Assembly (NCBI GenBank): GCA_045660925.1
Contig: JAZREU010000005.1
Coordinates: 2,334-66,333, forward strand
From: Paludibacteraceae bacterium
GTDB lineage: Bacteria > Bacteroidota > Bacteroidia > Bacteroidales > Paludibacteraceae
DNA: 64,000 bases
Direction: 5' to 3'
The translations under genes and the position numbers were made by a program. Every line of letters starts with the position of its first letter. Within the stretch, counting starts at the first letter, position 1. The notes beneath the pieces are model-generated. The model was given only the letters and a program-made list of their open reading frames with translations, was not told where the DNA came from and did not search any database. Below, one piece after another: positions 1-8,594 of this stretch.

Positions 1-3000
1 CCCCTTCATCTACTCCACAAACGGTTGGCGAAGTGCAAGGTATTACTATTATTGCTGAGACAAAAGAAGGTTATACTTTTGCAAATTGGACTTCCTCTAA
101 TGGAGGTAAATTTGATGATGACAGAGCAGAAAAAACTGATTTCTACCCAACAGCAGCAACTACTGTCACCGCGAATTTCACAGAAAACTTACACACTATT
201 GCCGTACAAACCAGCAACAACGAACATGGTACCGTTTCCCCTGCTTCTGTCGAAGTAGGTGTAGCCACCACGACCGAGATAACCGCTACACCAAATGCAG
301 GTTATATGTTTGATAAATGGATGGTAGCAGGCGGTGCTTCTGTAGCAGACCCAACAAGCGCCAAGACTACCGTCACCGCAACGGCGGAGGGAAGTGTTAC
401 GGCATACTTCAAGGAGATACCTCCTACCACCATCTACTTCAAGCCCAACGACGACTGGAAAAAGGACAACGCCAACTTTGCTATCAACTATTGGAACAAC
501 TCCACCAGTGGTTTTGCAGACATGACCGAGCTGGATTGCGAAGGCAACTACTATGTGGGACAAGTGCCTACGGGCTTCACCGACATGAAAATCCAACGCG
601 TACAAGTTGACTCAACTACCAAATACTACATCACTGGTAGTAGCGACCTCGTCGGTCAGGCGAAAGCATGGAAAGAAACTGCCGTAGAAATGACCTACGA
701 TGCCAACGAGACGGCATTCACCTACACTTTCAGCAACTTAGCACCTGGCATCACCTACAAGATGAAACTCACAAACGGTTCGTGGGCGAATGCATGGGGG
801 CACAATGCCCTAAAAAACTCATCAGCCAATATCACAAGCGACAATGACAATAATATTGTCTTCAAACTCCCATACGGTGGCGATGTGGTGGTGAAATTCG
901 ACGGAACCAATGTAACTATTTCTGGCTTTTTTGTAAAAGACGACGCTACCCCACAAAAATATGGCTCCGCAGTACCAGGACAATGCCATGATGTCATGCT
1001 GCAAGGCTTCTATTGGGATTCTAACCAAGACAAATACTATGGCAATACCCGTTGGAGTACTTTGCAAAGTGAAGCAGCAGACATTTCCACCTACTTCGAC
1101 CTGCTATGGTTGCCACCATCAGCTATGTCGTCAGGTGGCGTAGGCTATCACCCTAAGCAATATAGCAACCAAAACAGCGATTGGGGTTCGCGCAAGGACT
1201 TAGAAAAACTCATCTCTATGCTCCATGCTGGTGGCACCAAAGTGGTGGCAGATATGGTGGTCAATCATATGGACACCAAGAGCAGTTGGTGCGACTTCTT
1301 CGATCAAGACTTTGGCGAATATGGCTATTTCCAACCCGATGGTAGCTATATCTGTAATAACGACGAAATGAACTGGGATGCCGATGAGGGCTGTCGCGGA
1401 ACCGCTACTGGTTCTTACGACGATGGCTATGGAGGCGAGTCTAACTACGGTGCTGCCCGCGACATGGCACACAACGACGAGAAAGTGCGTCAGATGTTCC
1501 GCGCATACGCCAAATGGATGGTGGATGTAATGAAGTACGATGGTTTCCGCTACGATTATGCCAAGGGATTCCACCTATCCCATGTGGATGACTACAATGC
1601 AAATGCGGGGGTATATTTCTCTGTCGTTGAGTTTTGGGAGAGCAATCCTAATACCCTATGGAACGCCATTTGCGATGCAAACCAAAACACCTACGCCTTC
1701 GACTTTGGTATGAAGTTTAATATCATGAATGGTGGTATCGCCAACTTTGACTATGCGAAGTGTAAGAACCCCAATGCTTTGATTGGTATAGGAAAAGGCA
1801 AGTGGGCAGTCAACTTTATCGACAACCACGACACCTTCGAACGCGATGATAATAGCTATGACTTCGGTGGTGATGCAATGCACCCTGATACGAAGGACCG
1901 TCTCTTGCAAGCCCATGCGTATATGCTCTCTATGCCTGGTGTGCCTTGTGTGTTCTACCCATATTGGAAGACATACAAAGATGCTATTGCACCAATGGTG
2001 CTTGCCCGCAAGGCAGTAGGCGTACACTCCGAGAGTGCTGTGAGTGATGAGATTGTGGGTAATGGTTATCGTGCCTATGTCACAGGTACAAAAGGTATGC
2101 TACTCCTCGAATTAGGTGCCGCAGTGGATGGTTTAGGTTCATACTATGGCTATCGCGAAGTAGCAGCAGGTCCTGGATACAAGATGTTTATCACCTACGA
2201 AGCAGCTGGAGCAGAACTCACCGTCAGCCCTCAGTCCACCTACTATCGTTCTCAAACCATGAGCGTAACGATGAACGCAGTAGGTCTGGCGGGTGTACCT
2301 GACATCTATTACACCGTGGATGGTACAGACCCACGCACATCAGCAAGCAAGAAGAAATATACGGGTGCAATCAGCATTTCGGGCACAGTGACCATTAAGG
2401 CATATGCAGAGATACACGACAACCAAACTGCCGTACAAACCCATACATACACCTACTATCCACCGCAAGAAGAACCACTTACTGTGCGCTTCTTGCCTCC
2501 AAACGATTGGTGGACATATGTTTATGCTTGGGATAAAAATGATAATAAACTATTGGGCAACTGGCCTGGTACTAAAATCGACCCTAATGCCAATGGATGG
2601 GTAGAGCACACTTTCGCAGCGGGCAAAAACCCTGTGAATGTGATCTTCCATAATAATGTAGGAGCGCAATCCCACGATATTGTTTTAGAGGAAGACGCAT
2701 GCTACATATGGAATAGTTCATTAGGCGATGCCGTACTGACCAACGAATGCAACATCCCAGATGGTGATTCCTTCACACCTGCTGATCCAGAACAAGGCAA
2801 CACGCCTAAATTGCTCTTGGACGAAACTCTCACACTATCCGTGCCACAAGACGACAAGAATCTCTATGACATGGACTCGAAGAATATCACCCATTTGTAT
2901 CTGTCGCCTAATAGCAACTGGAAATCTGATGGTGCACGCTTTGCTGCATACTTCTTTGGCAATGGCGACACATGGGTTAGCATGACCGATGAGAATTCCG

Positions 3001-6000
3001 ATGGAATATACGAATGTGTAATCCCTACTGCGAAATCATATCCAAGTGTTATTTTCTGCCGCATGAATGGTAATACAAGTACCAATAACTGGGACAACAA
3101 ATGGGATCAAACAAACAACTTGACGGTGCCAACAGACGGAAAGAATCGCTATACTATTGCGGAGGGAGCATGGAGCTACGGAAACGGCTCTTGGTCCACT
3201 ATCTACGACGATAGCAAATGGACTACTTTCACGGCGCCTACATATTCCGTTACAATCAATATTACAGGTTACGGATCTATCGAGATTGATGGCGTAACAT
3301 ATACCAACGATAGCGAAGATAAGGGCACTTATTCTGCGCCAAACATTACGCTCAACGAGCTGATGCAAATCGGAGCAATCACACCTGCCAACGAGTGGAC
3401 TTACGGCGTGACACCTACTATAATAATAGGTTCGCGCACGCACGAGGTAGCAGAGAACACCTCTTATACCATCTGCGGAACAACAATAATCGATATTATT
3501 TTCAGTCCATCCATCTGTAACGTGGTCTTCGACCTAAACTTGCCACAAGGCGTTCCTACCCCACTCTGGTCGGTGGATAACCAACGCGTTACACCAGGTG
3601 AGAAAATAAAAGCACCTCAGTTGGGCGAACTGCAAGGCTACTTCTTTGGCGGATGGTACACCCACGCTACCGACTTTAGTAATAAAAACCAATACGACTT
3701 CAGCATGGTGGTTACCAAACCGCTTACGCTCTATGCCCGTTGGCTCAAATACGAGGATTGCATCTTCTTCAAGAACAACCTCGGTTGGGAGAGTGTATAT
3801 GCTTACTTCTACAACTCAGATAAGTATTGGGACGACACCAAAGGTACGGGTTCGCAAAAACTCAAAACCTTCCCTCAAGACAACGACGCGGAGCACAAAC
3901 CACACTGGTTTGAGTTCCAAGGCGAGCTGAGCAATATCCCAGAAACCGACATCTGGTATCTGGACTTTATTGCTATGGCAATAGCAGTGGATAACTCCAA
4001 CTGGGGCGAGATTACGGGCTACACCAACATCAGCTTCACCGAGCACAAGCAATACGACTACGAGTTCTTCTATCAGACATCAGTCGTTCGCCGTGGTGAC
4101 TTCAATCGAAACATGTCGCTCTTCATCCCTGAAGTAGGACAAGAACCTACCATGCGCAACGAATCCAAGTACTACAACGACGGTCTGTGGCTGAAATACA
4201 ACTCCATCGAATCGGGCTATAACTGGAGAGGTAGCGCCAACAGTTGGTCAACCAGTGCCAATGCCTTCACAGCAGACAAAGCAGGCGGCTATACCTTCAC
4301 CTCTTTAGTTCAACTAACAGGTGGTACAGACTATGAATTCAAGATATTTGGTAACAACACTTGGTTCGGCAACACAGGCACCATGACTGAAGACAACTGC
4401 ACCAACTGGCCTTTTACCAATAAAGAAAGTACCAACGCCAAGATTCACCCAACCGCTACGGGCGACTATATCTTCACCATCTATGTGGGCGACGGTAAAA
4501 TGATGGTTAGTCTGGAGTATCCTTTGAGCGTAGGCGATTATCGACTTGCATACAAAGACAATACAGCGGGTTCGTTCCACCCAAGTCACTATATCAAAAA
4601 GCGCAACGAGGGACAAAACGATACCATCAGCTTCTTCGTTCATCACGACAAGCGACCTGAGATTATTGTTCAGCAGTGTAGTGCTATTGCCAATGATGGT
4701 ACAGCCACATGGAAGACCCTCGATATCGGCAATATCAACCCTGCTGCGGGTATTACAGAAACAGGTGTATATAATTTCTATTTACAGCAAATACAAGGAC
4801 AAACAAATCCAAGACTGTTGGCTCAAACGCAGCCATACACTGGCAACTTCTACATCCGTACCGAATCAGCTGATGGAGGATGGAAATTCTTCCGTCAATC
4901 CTCTAACCTCATGACATACAATAGTTATGCCGACAACAACGAGAACTTCGACCACTACTTCTGTAAGTATGTTAAAACTGCAGACCGCAATGTGGCCTTC
5001 GTAGTAGCCAACGACTATAGCTATTGCATCTCCGACACCTTGACCGCAGACCCTGCAGGAGCCGTACAGATTGTTAATGCTCAAGGTCAATTGCCAGAGA
5101 ATGCCAATGTCCGCTTCGCGTGGGACAGCAAGACCAACGAACTCAGCCGCGCATACTTGGCTGGTGCCAACAACGAGACACAAAACACCTTCCTCCACAT
5201 CATAGACGCAGAGGCTCTAAAGAATACCGACGGAGAGGCAGTGACAGATGTGCCGTTCATTGACTTGCAAAACTGGATCTATCAAACAGAGGTCAAGGTA
5301 ACCAAAGAAACCCTCATCAAACTAGTAGCGGAATACGATGGCAAGACACAGTACTTCAAAGGAGGAGAAAGTACAACAGATAAAATCCATTTGATTTCAT
5401 CCACAGCTAATAGCGAATATAAATTGCGATTAATCTATAACTTCAAATGCAATCACCTTGTTGCTGCAGTTGTATTAGAAGGCGACAAGGAAATTACAGA
5501 AGACGATGTTTTAGGTGCGGACCTAATGGTTGTTCGTAAAGACCAAGGTCAGGCAGAGCAACTTACATTCAATCCTAATGCAAAGAAATTGGACAAAGTA
5601 GGTACTGCCTATGCCGTGATGACCTTCACAAGAGACCATATTACGAATAGGAGTTTAACATCTCGCGAGCGCAGTCTCTATTGGGTATCCTTCCCATTTG
5701 ATGTGAAGATTGCGGATGTCTTCGGTTTTGGCGAATACGCAGAACATTGGATTATGCAATACTACGATGGCGCAGAGCGTGCTGCAAGGGGATTGTTTAT
5801 CGATTCGGGTACCTATTGGAAGTATATCACAGATACCAAAACAACCTTACAGGCTGGTGTCGGTTATGTGCTTGCACTGGATTTGGATAAACTAACCTTT
5901 CCACACAATGTGAATGATGTTAGTCTCTACTTCCCATCTACCGACACTGTGGAAACAATATCTGGCGTACTACCTACTGCGCACAAAGTACCTGCACACG

Positions 6001-6890
6001 AATGTACCATTGACCGCGAGTTTGAGGACAATGGAACCACATACAACCACAAGTTCACCGACTCACACTGGAACCTCATCGGCGTGCCAGGTTTTGCAGA
6101 TATCAACGATTTCAATGTGACAGACTACCACTTCATGCAAGACGATGCAAGTTTCTACTACAATTTCTCACTTGCAGAGAGTACCTATGAAGTAGAATCC
6201 AGTGCCACTAATTTCCAAGCAATGTATGCCTACATGGTACAATTTGCTGGAGAAATCAACTGGATGTCGAAAACAGTAACAGGCGTTCAACCTAAAGAAC
6301 TCGCTGCCCGTCGCAATAGCGATAGCCAAGCAGAGAAACTTACACTCCGTTTAGAATTGGCGCAAGCAGGTGTGAAAGCCGACCAAACCTTCATCCAAAT
6401 GCAAGAAGAAGGCGCAAGCACTGATTTCGATTTGAGCAAAGACCTCACCAAGATTATCAATAAAGGAAGTAACATTTACACCCTTGTCGGCACGGACCGC
6501 ACCCAAGTGGCGGGAAATGTATTGCCTATGCAAGAGCAAATAGTTCCTGTAGGCGTTGTGGCAGCCGCTCAAGGCGAATACAGTTTCCGCATGCCAGACG
6601 GAACAGAGGGAATGGTAGTAGAACTTATTGACTACGAAAACAACACAACAACCAACCTCTTGCTGAGTGACTATACGGTAACGCTTTCTGAGGGTACATA
6701 CGAGCAGCGCTTTATGCTGCATATCCAACCAGAAAAATCGGGTGTTAGTACCAATACGGAGCAAATCACGGGGGGAGAGCTTAATACCAACAGCGTGCAG
6801 AAGTTCATCATTGATGGACATCTCTACCTCAGGAAAGACGGAATTATTTACGATGCACAAGGTCGCCCACTTAGCCTTCATTCACGTTGA
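1..6890 (+). CDS. Very large secreted multidomain GH13 alpha-amylase; 5' end runs off the window
   Basis: ORF track 33..6890. The frame stays open back to base 3, so the true start lies upstream. GH13 conserved regions are readable in the translation: DMVVNHM (I), GFRYDYAKGF (II), VVEFWE (III), NFIDNHDT (IV). Listeria-Bacteroides (InlB B-type) repeats are present (GYTFANWTSSNGG, GYMFDKWMVAGG, GYFFGGWYTH). There are aromatic-rich starch-binding-like modules (NDWWTYVYAWDKNDNKLLGNWPG). About 1000 aa of C-terminal sequence is unassigned and ends in KFIIDGHLYLRKDGIIYDAQGRPL. Confidence 0.85.
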   Translation, partial: PSSTPQTVGEVQGITIIAETKEGYTFANWTSSNGGKFDDDRAEKTDFYPTAATTVTANFTENLHTIAVQTSNNEHGTVSPASVEVGVATTTEITATPNAGYMFDKWMVAGGASVADPTSAKTTVTATAEGSVTAYFKEIPPTTIYFKPNDDWKKDNANFAINYWNNSTSGFADMTELDCEGNYYVGQVPTGFTDMKIQRVQVDSTTKYYITGSSDLVGQAKAWKETAVEMTYDANETAFTYTFSNLAPGITYKMKLTNGSWANAWGHNALKNSSANITSDNDNNIVFKLPYGGDVVVKFDGTNVTISGFFVKDDATPQKYGSAVPGQCHDVMLQGFYWDSNQDKYYGNTRWSTLQSEAADISTYFDLLWLPPSAMSSGGVGYHPKQYSNQNSDWGSRKDLEKLISMLHAGGTKVVADMVVNHMDTKSSWCDFFDQDFGEYGYFQPDGSYICNNDEMNWDADEGCRGTATGSYDDGYGGESNYGAARDMAHNDEKVRQMFRAYAKWMVDVMKYDGFRYDYAKGFHLSHVDDYNANAGVYFSVVEFWESNPNTLWNAICDANQNTYAFDFGMKFNIMNGGIANFDYAKCKNPNALIGIGKGKWAVNFIDNHDTFERDDNSYDFGGDAMHPDTKDRLLQAHAYMLSMPGVPCVFYPYWKTYKDAIAPMVLARKAVGVHSESAVSDEIVGNGYRAYVTGTKGMLLLELGAAVDGLGSYYGYREVAAGPGYKMFITYEAAGAELTVSPQSTYYRSQTMSVTMNAVGLAGVPDIYYTVDGTDPRTSASKKKYTGAISISGTVTIKAYAEIHDNQTAVQTHTYTYYPPQEEPLTVRFLPPNDWWTYVYAWDKNDNKLLGNWPGTKIDPNANGWVEHTFAAGKNPVNVIFHNNVGAQSHDIVLEEDACYIWNSSLGDAVLTNECNIPDGDSFTPADPEQGNTPKLLLDETLTLSVPQDDKNLYDMDSKNITHLYLSPNSNWKSDGARFAAYFFGNGDTWVSMTDENSDGIYECVIPTAKSYPSVIFCRMNGNTSTNNWDNKWDQTNNLTVPTDGKNRYTIAEGAWSYGNGSWSTIYDDSKWTTFTAPTYSVTINITGYGSIEIDGVTYTNDSEDKGTYSAPNITLNELMQIGAITPANEWTYGVTPTIIIGSRTHEVAENTSYTICGTTIIDIIFSPSICNVVFDLNLPQGVPTPLWSVDNQRVTPGEKIKAPQLGELQGYFFGGWYTHATDFSNKNQYDFSMVVTKPLTLYARWLKYEDCIFFKNNLGWESVYAYFYNSDKYWDDTKGTGSQKLKTFPQDNDAEHKPHWFEFQGELSNIPETDIWYLDFIAMAIAVDNSNWGEITGYTNISFTEHKQYDYEFFYQTSVVRRGDFNRNMSLFIPEVGQEPTMRNESKYYNDGLWLKYNSIESGYNWRGSANSWSTSANAFTADKAGGYTFTSLVQLTGGTDYEFKIFGNNTWFGNTGTMTEDNCTNWPFTNKESTNAKIHPTATGDYIFTIYVGDGKMMVSLEYPLSVGDYRLAYKDNTAGSFHPSHYIKKRNEGQNDTISFFVHHDKRPEIIVQQCSAIANDGTATWKTLDIGNINPAAGITETGVYNFYLQQIQGQTNPRLLAQTQPYTGNFYIRTESADGGWKFFRQSSNLMTYNSYADNNENFDHYFCKYVKTADRNVAFVVANDYSYCISDTLTADPAGAVQIVNAQGQLPENANVRFAWDSKTNELSRAYLAGANNETQNTFLHIIDAEALKNTDGEAVTDVPFIDLQNWIYQTEVKVTKETLIKLVAEYDGKTQYFKGGESTTDKIHLISSTANSEYKLRLIYNFKCNHLVAAVVLEGDKEITEDDVLGADLMVVRKDQGQAEQLTFNPNAKKLDKVGTAYAVMTFTRDHITNRSLTSRERSLYWVSFPFDVKIADVFGFGEYAEHWIMQYYDGAERAARGLFIDSGTYWKYITDTKTTLQAGVGYVLALDLDKLTFPHNVNDVSLYFPSTDTVETISGVLPTAHKVPAHECTIDREFEDNGTTYNHKFTDSHWNLIGVPGFADINDFNVTDYHFMQDDASFYYNFSLAESTYEVESSATNFQAMYAYMVQFAGEINWMSKTVTGVQPKELAARRNSDSQAEKLTLRLELAQAGVKADQTFIQMQEEGASTDFDLSKDLTKIINKGSNIYTLVGTDRTQVAGNVLPMQEQIVPVGVVAAAQGEYSFRMPDGTEGMVVELIDYENNTTTNLLLSDYTVTLSEGTYEQRFMLHIQPEKSGVSTNTEQITGGELNTNSVQKFIIDGHLYLRKDGIIYDAQGRPLSLHSR

Positions 6891-7058
6891 GATGATGGGT
6901 TTCCTCGGTGTAAAGAAGGGTTAGGTATCGTAAGAGGGTCAACCCGTGCTAAAGGTCACAGAGCTTGCGCCGTAAACGTAGCCTTGGCATTGAGCAAGTA
7001 ATCTATTTTTACTCGCAAATATACTAAGCCACTCCAAAAATGGGATTCTTCCATTTTC

Positions 7059-7113
7059 CATACACGCACCACACAATAACCGCACTATAACCAGACAATA
7101 ACCACACTATTTT
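7059..7113. repeat. Five tandem degenerate 11-bp units
   Basis: Units: catacacgcac cacacaataac cgcactataac cagacaataac cacactatttt. The word is close to that of the array at 40794-40848 (acgcactatac). Confidence 0.8.
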
Positions 7114-7154
7114 GCGCAGTCATAGAACCCCGCGAGAAGATGAAGATATAAAAA

Positions 7155-7178
7155 GAGGGCTGCCTCTCAGCAGCCCTC
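7155..7178 (-). terminator. Intrinsic terminator oriented for the minus strand (downstream of the susD 3' cassette); possibly bidirectional
   Basis: 9-bp stem GAGGGCTGC / GCAGCCCTC with loop CTCTCA. On the minus strand it is followed by TTTTTAT, and an A-run sits on the other side. It resembles the susD terminator at 13787-13809 (AGGGCTGC...GCAG.CCT.TTTTT). Confidence 0.7.
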
Positions 7179-7227
7179 CAAGTATATTTAGAGTAATTCT
7201 AAACTACTTTATTGGGTTGAACAATGA

Positions 7228-7614
7228 TTACCAACCTGGGTTTTGAGTGAGATTTGGATTCAAATCGATTTGACCTTGTGGGATAGGAGCCAAATAATGT
7301 TTCTCCTCAAACACACGGTGATCAGCTGTGCGGCACTCAATGTATCCATGATCACCCTCAGTCAATACAACGCTATTGAGATCTACGTTCCAAGCTTCAG
7401 CTGACTCGATCCAAGCACCTTGAGTTTGCTCTGGATACTTTTGAGTATCGAGCTTATCCAATTGGTGCCAACGGATGAGTGACCAGTAGCGGTCGTTGAG
7501 GTCGAACATCAACTCTACACGACGCTCACGACGAACTTCCCATACGAGGTCACTTACCTCTGTACCACCATTGAGTTCTGCTGCATTGTTTGCAGGGTCG
7601 TTTTTATACGGCAA
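7228..7614 (-). pseudogene. Promoterless 3' fragment (about the last 125 codons) of a second SusD-family gene, inverted relative to the intact susD
   Basis: The translation SDLVWEVRRERRVELMFDLNDRYWSLIRWHQLDKLDTQKYPEQTQGAWIE...HYLAPIPQGQIDLNPNLTQNPGW aligns with the C-terminus of the 12051..13763 product. There is no signal peptide and no N-terminal 450 aa. Homology stops at about 7614, next to the recombinase stop codon (7629). Confidence 0.85.
7466..7498. repeat. Left copy of a 33-bp perfect long-range inverted repeat (partner 13496-13528)
   Basis: The reverse complement of 7466-7498 is CAACGACCGCTACTGGTCACTCATCCGTTGGCA, identical to 13496-13528. The flanking ~30-40 nt on each side are similar but carry synonymous mismatches. 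Confidence 0.9.
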
Positions 7615-7619
7615 TACAA
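7596..7619. repeat. IR-L of a perfect 24-bp inverted repeat pair (partner 8422-8445)
   Basis: The plus strand reads GGTCGTTTTTATACGGCAATACAA, the exact reverse complement of 8422-8445. Confidence 0.95.
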
Positions 7620-7628
7620 TAGGTATAT

Positions 7629-8240
7629 TTATCGTTTTTCGTCTATAAAAGCATAATAGTAATTACGCACAGTATCACGATTAACTTGCAACAAATCAGC
7701 TATTTTCTGAAATGACATTCCGTTTGCTCTCAGCCTTGCTATTTGTTGTTCTTTACCATGTAGTTTGTAACTGCTTTTACTAAACGACCTACCACGAGGT
7801 CTTCCCAATTGCACTCCTTCGGCTTTTTTTATAGCTAAAGCTTCTTTCGTTCTTTGACTAATCAAGTTTCGCTCAATCTCTGCTGATAAACCAAAAGCAA
7901 ATGCAAGTACTTTACTTTGTATATCATCCCCCAACCTGTAATTATCTTTGATAGTCCATACACGACATTCCTTAGTCATGCAAATATTGAGTATCTCCAT
8001 GATCATAAATAAGTTTCTACCGAGGCGTGATAATTCACTACAAATAATGATGTCATTCTTCCTTACTTTTCGAAGAAGATTCCCCAATTGACGAGTTGAA
8101 TAGTTTTTGGTTCCACTAATGGTTTCTTCAATCCAATCATCAATTCTGAGTTGTTGTTTTTCACAAAAACTGTTAATCTCAAAACGTTGGTTTTCTACCG
8201 TCTGTTTGTCGCTACTGACTCTAATATATCCGTAAATCAT
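7629..8240 (-). CDS. Small serine recombinase, DNA-invertase/resolvase type (203 aa)
   Basis: N-terminal catalytic motif MIYGYIRVSSDKQ. C-terminal helix-turn-helix GMSFQKIADLLQVNRDTVRNY. The size and domain order match Hin/Gin/Mpi-type invertases. Confidence 0.9.
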   Translation of the reverse strand: MIYGYIRVSSDKQTVENQRFEINSFCEKQQLRIDDWIEETISGTKNYSTRQLGNLLRKVRKNDIIICSELSRLGRNLFMIMEILNICMTKECRVWTIKDNYRLGDDIQSKVLAFAFGLSAEIERNLISQRTKEALAIKKAEGVQLGRPRGRSFSKSSYKLHGKEQQIARLRANGMSFQKIADLLQVNRDTVRNYYYAFIDEKR

Positions 8241-8367
8241 AACTTAGTAATTTTATTTTACAAATAAGACAATTGACATCATGATTATCTAAAAATATGT
8301 TGTTAAACATATATTTTGCTATTGCAAATAAAATAATTATTTTTTTTCATTTTTTTTGTGATAATTA

Positions 8368-8399
8368 TTTGTTGGTATTAAAAAAAAGTACTAACTTTG
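8368..8399 (+). promoter_or_regulatory. Bacteroidetes sigma-A type promoter facing susC
   Basis: TTTG (8368-8371), 20 nt, TAACTTTG (8392-8399). It lies inside the IR-bounded segment, and IR-R follows about 15 nt after the predicted start site. Confidence 0.7.
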
Positions 8400-8421
8400 T
8401 AGTCGGAATTAGTGTGAGCAG

Positions 8422-8445
8422 TTGTATTGCCGTATAAAAACGACC
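8422..8445. repeat. IR-R of the perfect 24-bp inverted repeat pair
   Basis: TTGTATTGCCGTATAAAAACGACC in the susC 5' leader. Confidence 0.95.
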
Positions 8446-8594
8446 GATTTTAACAAGCGGTCTGTGTACATTGAGGCACACGCACGCGCATATTATTAAG
8501 GTGCTCATTGCCGAGAAGAAAAACAAACTAACAACAAACAATAAAAACAACGTGGGTGAAACTCCCACATAGTATTAACTAAAAAACACACGTT

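Larger units (their letters stand above)
7596..8445. other. Putative self-contained invertible DNA switch (invertase gene plus outward promoter between 24-bp IRs)
   Basis: The two IRs bracket only the serine recombinase CDS and the susC promoter. Spot counts of 60-nt lines give 19/60 and 23/60 G+C inside, against about half in the flanking genes. Confidence 0.65.

Noticed and set aside
6891-7054. Possible structured ncRNA in the 340-nt amylase / susD-cassette spacer
   Set aside because: Only short local stems are present (GGGTT...AACCC). There is no promoter motif and no resemblance to any RNA family I can recognise, so the evidence is insufficient.
7596-8445. Interpretation as an insertion sequence with terminal inverted repeats
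   Set aside because: The only gene is a small N-terminal-catalytic serine recombinase with a C-terminal HTH (invertase/resolvase layout), not a DDE or IS607-type transposase. No flanking direct repeats are visible. The element carries an outward host-type promoter placed to drive susC. It is kept as an alternative under would_refute of the main finding.
8431-8446. Match of the IR to the B. fragilis Mpi site consensus (recalled as ARACGTWCGT)
   Set aside because: The best alignment, AAACGACCGA, matches only about 7 of 10 positions, and I am recalling the consensus from memory. This is too weak to claim.
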